DNA from: Hormiphora californensis
Lineage: Eukaryota; Animalia; Ctenophora
Direction: 5' to 3'
Assembly (NCBI GenBank): GCA_020137815.1
Contig: CM035355.1
Span: forward strand, 6,944,001 to 7,008,000
DNA length: 64,000 nucleotides
Below the pieces are notes generated by a model that had not been told where the DNA came from, did no database searches, and was given only the letters and a program-made list of their open reading frames with translations. This document shows, piece by piece, positions 62,188 to 64,000 of the stretch. The translations under genes were made by a program, and so were the position numbers. Positions within the stretch are counted from its first letter, which is position 1; every line of letters starts with the position of its first letter.

Positions 62188-64000
62188 AATTGATAATGTT
62201 TAGGGTTACCAGAAAAAGATACGTCATGCCAAGCTCATTCCTCCCGCCCAGATTAATTATACTGCAAATTCTGGGTAATGTCCGTTCCTAGGTCGTTGGC
62301 TGAGAAATTAGCTGGGAAGAGCCTTAAATTGACTATCTTTTTCTTTCACATTCTTTCATATTCTTAAAGTTATTCAATATATTAATATTTAAGGAAGGGG
62401 ATATCGATATTTGAACTTTATAATATAGGGATTGCTATGTTTTTCAATTGTCAACTCTATTTTTGGAGGTTTTGAGACGTTATTGCTATGTAATAATATT
62501 ACTAATAGTCGTTATAATTAACCGGTTGTTAAAATCTGATTAACAGTAAAAACGGGCCTCCCAAAATAGTACGACTCCGAAATTCCTGACGCCCTTTTTT
62601 ACTAAGAAACAATTTATTTTCTCATTTATGGAGCGGTCTTTGGCAACTACCGTTGAATTGGAAGTGTACTAACTTTCCCGCATCACGTGTAATACGGAGT
62701 GCTTGGTACGTGAGGGGGAATTGATAATAGAGAAAATTATCATTTCTTTGTGACATGTTTATTGATACTGTCCAATCTGTAAATTAGTTACATGCATTTC
62801 CAAGTCGGTCCTTCTTTTATCCTACACTATATGCTTCTCCACTACTTAATATTACATGTTCTCACTATTTTCCTCTCTTCTCTCCTCTTCTGTTAGTACA
62901 TTGACTGTCAACAACTATACCAGGGGAACGCGTATTGCTTTCTTTCATCTCTTTTTCTCCCCTTCACCTATCTCTCTCACCGTGATGAGTTAGGACACAC
63001 TTTCCCTACGTCAGAGCCAGCACTCAGATACACAGCGTATATATTTTGAGAGCTGAGAGTGTGTATATATATGCGGGTAGGAAATCTCGAATTAAATTGA
63101 CCCACCGCACGCTCTCTTCATTTTTCATTCTGTCTGTCTCACAGCTTCTCTCCCTGTCTCTTTCTATCTCTCCCGCATCTCTGCGTTATATCCTTGGCGC
63201 ATAATTGGCCTACTCAGAAGCAGACAGAAAAAAGAACAGGGAGACTGAATGAATGAATGAGAGAAAAAGTGAAGCTCTGACAGAGAAATCAGTGTGGCGA
63301 GAGACCTGTATAGAGTCTGGTGTTGTGTCCTTTCCCATTTCCGCTTGTTTTTTACTTCTCTCTCTCCCCCTGTGTGACAGTATATAGTGTTAGGTAATTG
63401 CGTGATATATAGAACCAGTAGAACTAATAATTTCTTTCTGTATGCCTAATTAATACACAACTATACACATTATCTTTTTTACTTTCCGGAAACCTCGCCT
63501 GTCATTATTTTTGACGCCTCTCTTTTTCTCATTGCCTCCTTATTTTCTCTCGATGGAGGACACATTATAGATCTGTCTGCTGTCTACCCTTCGTCACTCA
63601 TCATCCCTAGCACACTTCTACCGATTCGCTAGTTTGAAGATGCTGCTTCTATCTCTCCACACACCACTACCTAGGCGACAGTGGTGCTACATCAATTACC
63701 TACCCCCTGATTATCCACTGGCACTATATTTGGCCGCTTTCTCTTCCCGTGTGTGTGTGCTTCATTACAGCAAACCAATTGACTCCTGGAGAGTGAGGGA
63801 TAGAGAGATAGAGAGAAGAGGAGCATATGTAAGATGAAGACATGCCATTTCAGATATATTATATGCTAACTTGTTCTCAAGCTGTCCACGTCTCTTCAAT
63901 TAATATATCGTCCTCCTCCCACCGACTAGCCTCCTCCTCCTACTACTACTACTCATAAACATGGTCATTCTCTCCTCCGCGGAATATATTCCGTGGTTTA

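Overview
Gene-dense, intron-rich animal genomic DNA, most likely a pleurobrachiid ctenophore. That assignment is inferred from characteristic short MITE families, an LDLa-repeat GPCR and nested genes, and is not verified. Hand-splicing gives, in order: a secreted Ig-Kazal-Ig-VWD gene (-), a giant coiled-coil gene (-), an SLC7/LAT amino-acid transporter (-), an intronless atypical Rho-like GTPase with 14-aa repeats (-), a large multi-exon gene fusing a Notum/pectin-acetylesterase ectodomain to a complete ABCG half-transporter (+, 23827-37673) with an antisense 7TM-like gene nested in one intron, a divergent Q50 homeobox gene (+), a BASS4/SLC10A7-like symporter (-, 45286-55510) whose 8.2-kb intron holds an antisense LDLa-GPCR interrupted by a hammerhead-bearing Penelope-like retroelement, a possible small gene (-) and an FMR1/FXR orthologue (+). 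There are also many non-autonomous DNA transposons, a CRE-type retroelement remnant and microsatellites. Several stretches (~33.6-35.8 kb, ~39.5-41 kb) look like low-quality, homopolymer-inflated consensus, so isolated frameshifts should be treated with caution. The top finding is the Notum-ABCG fusion.
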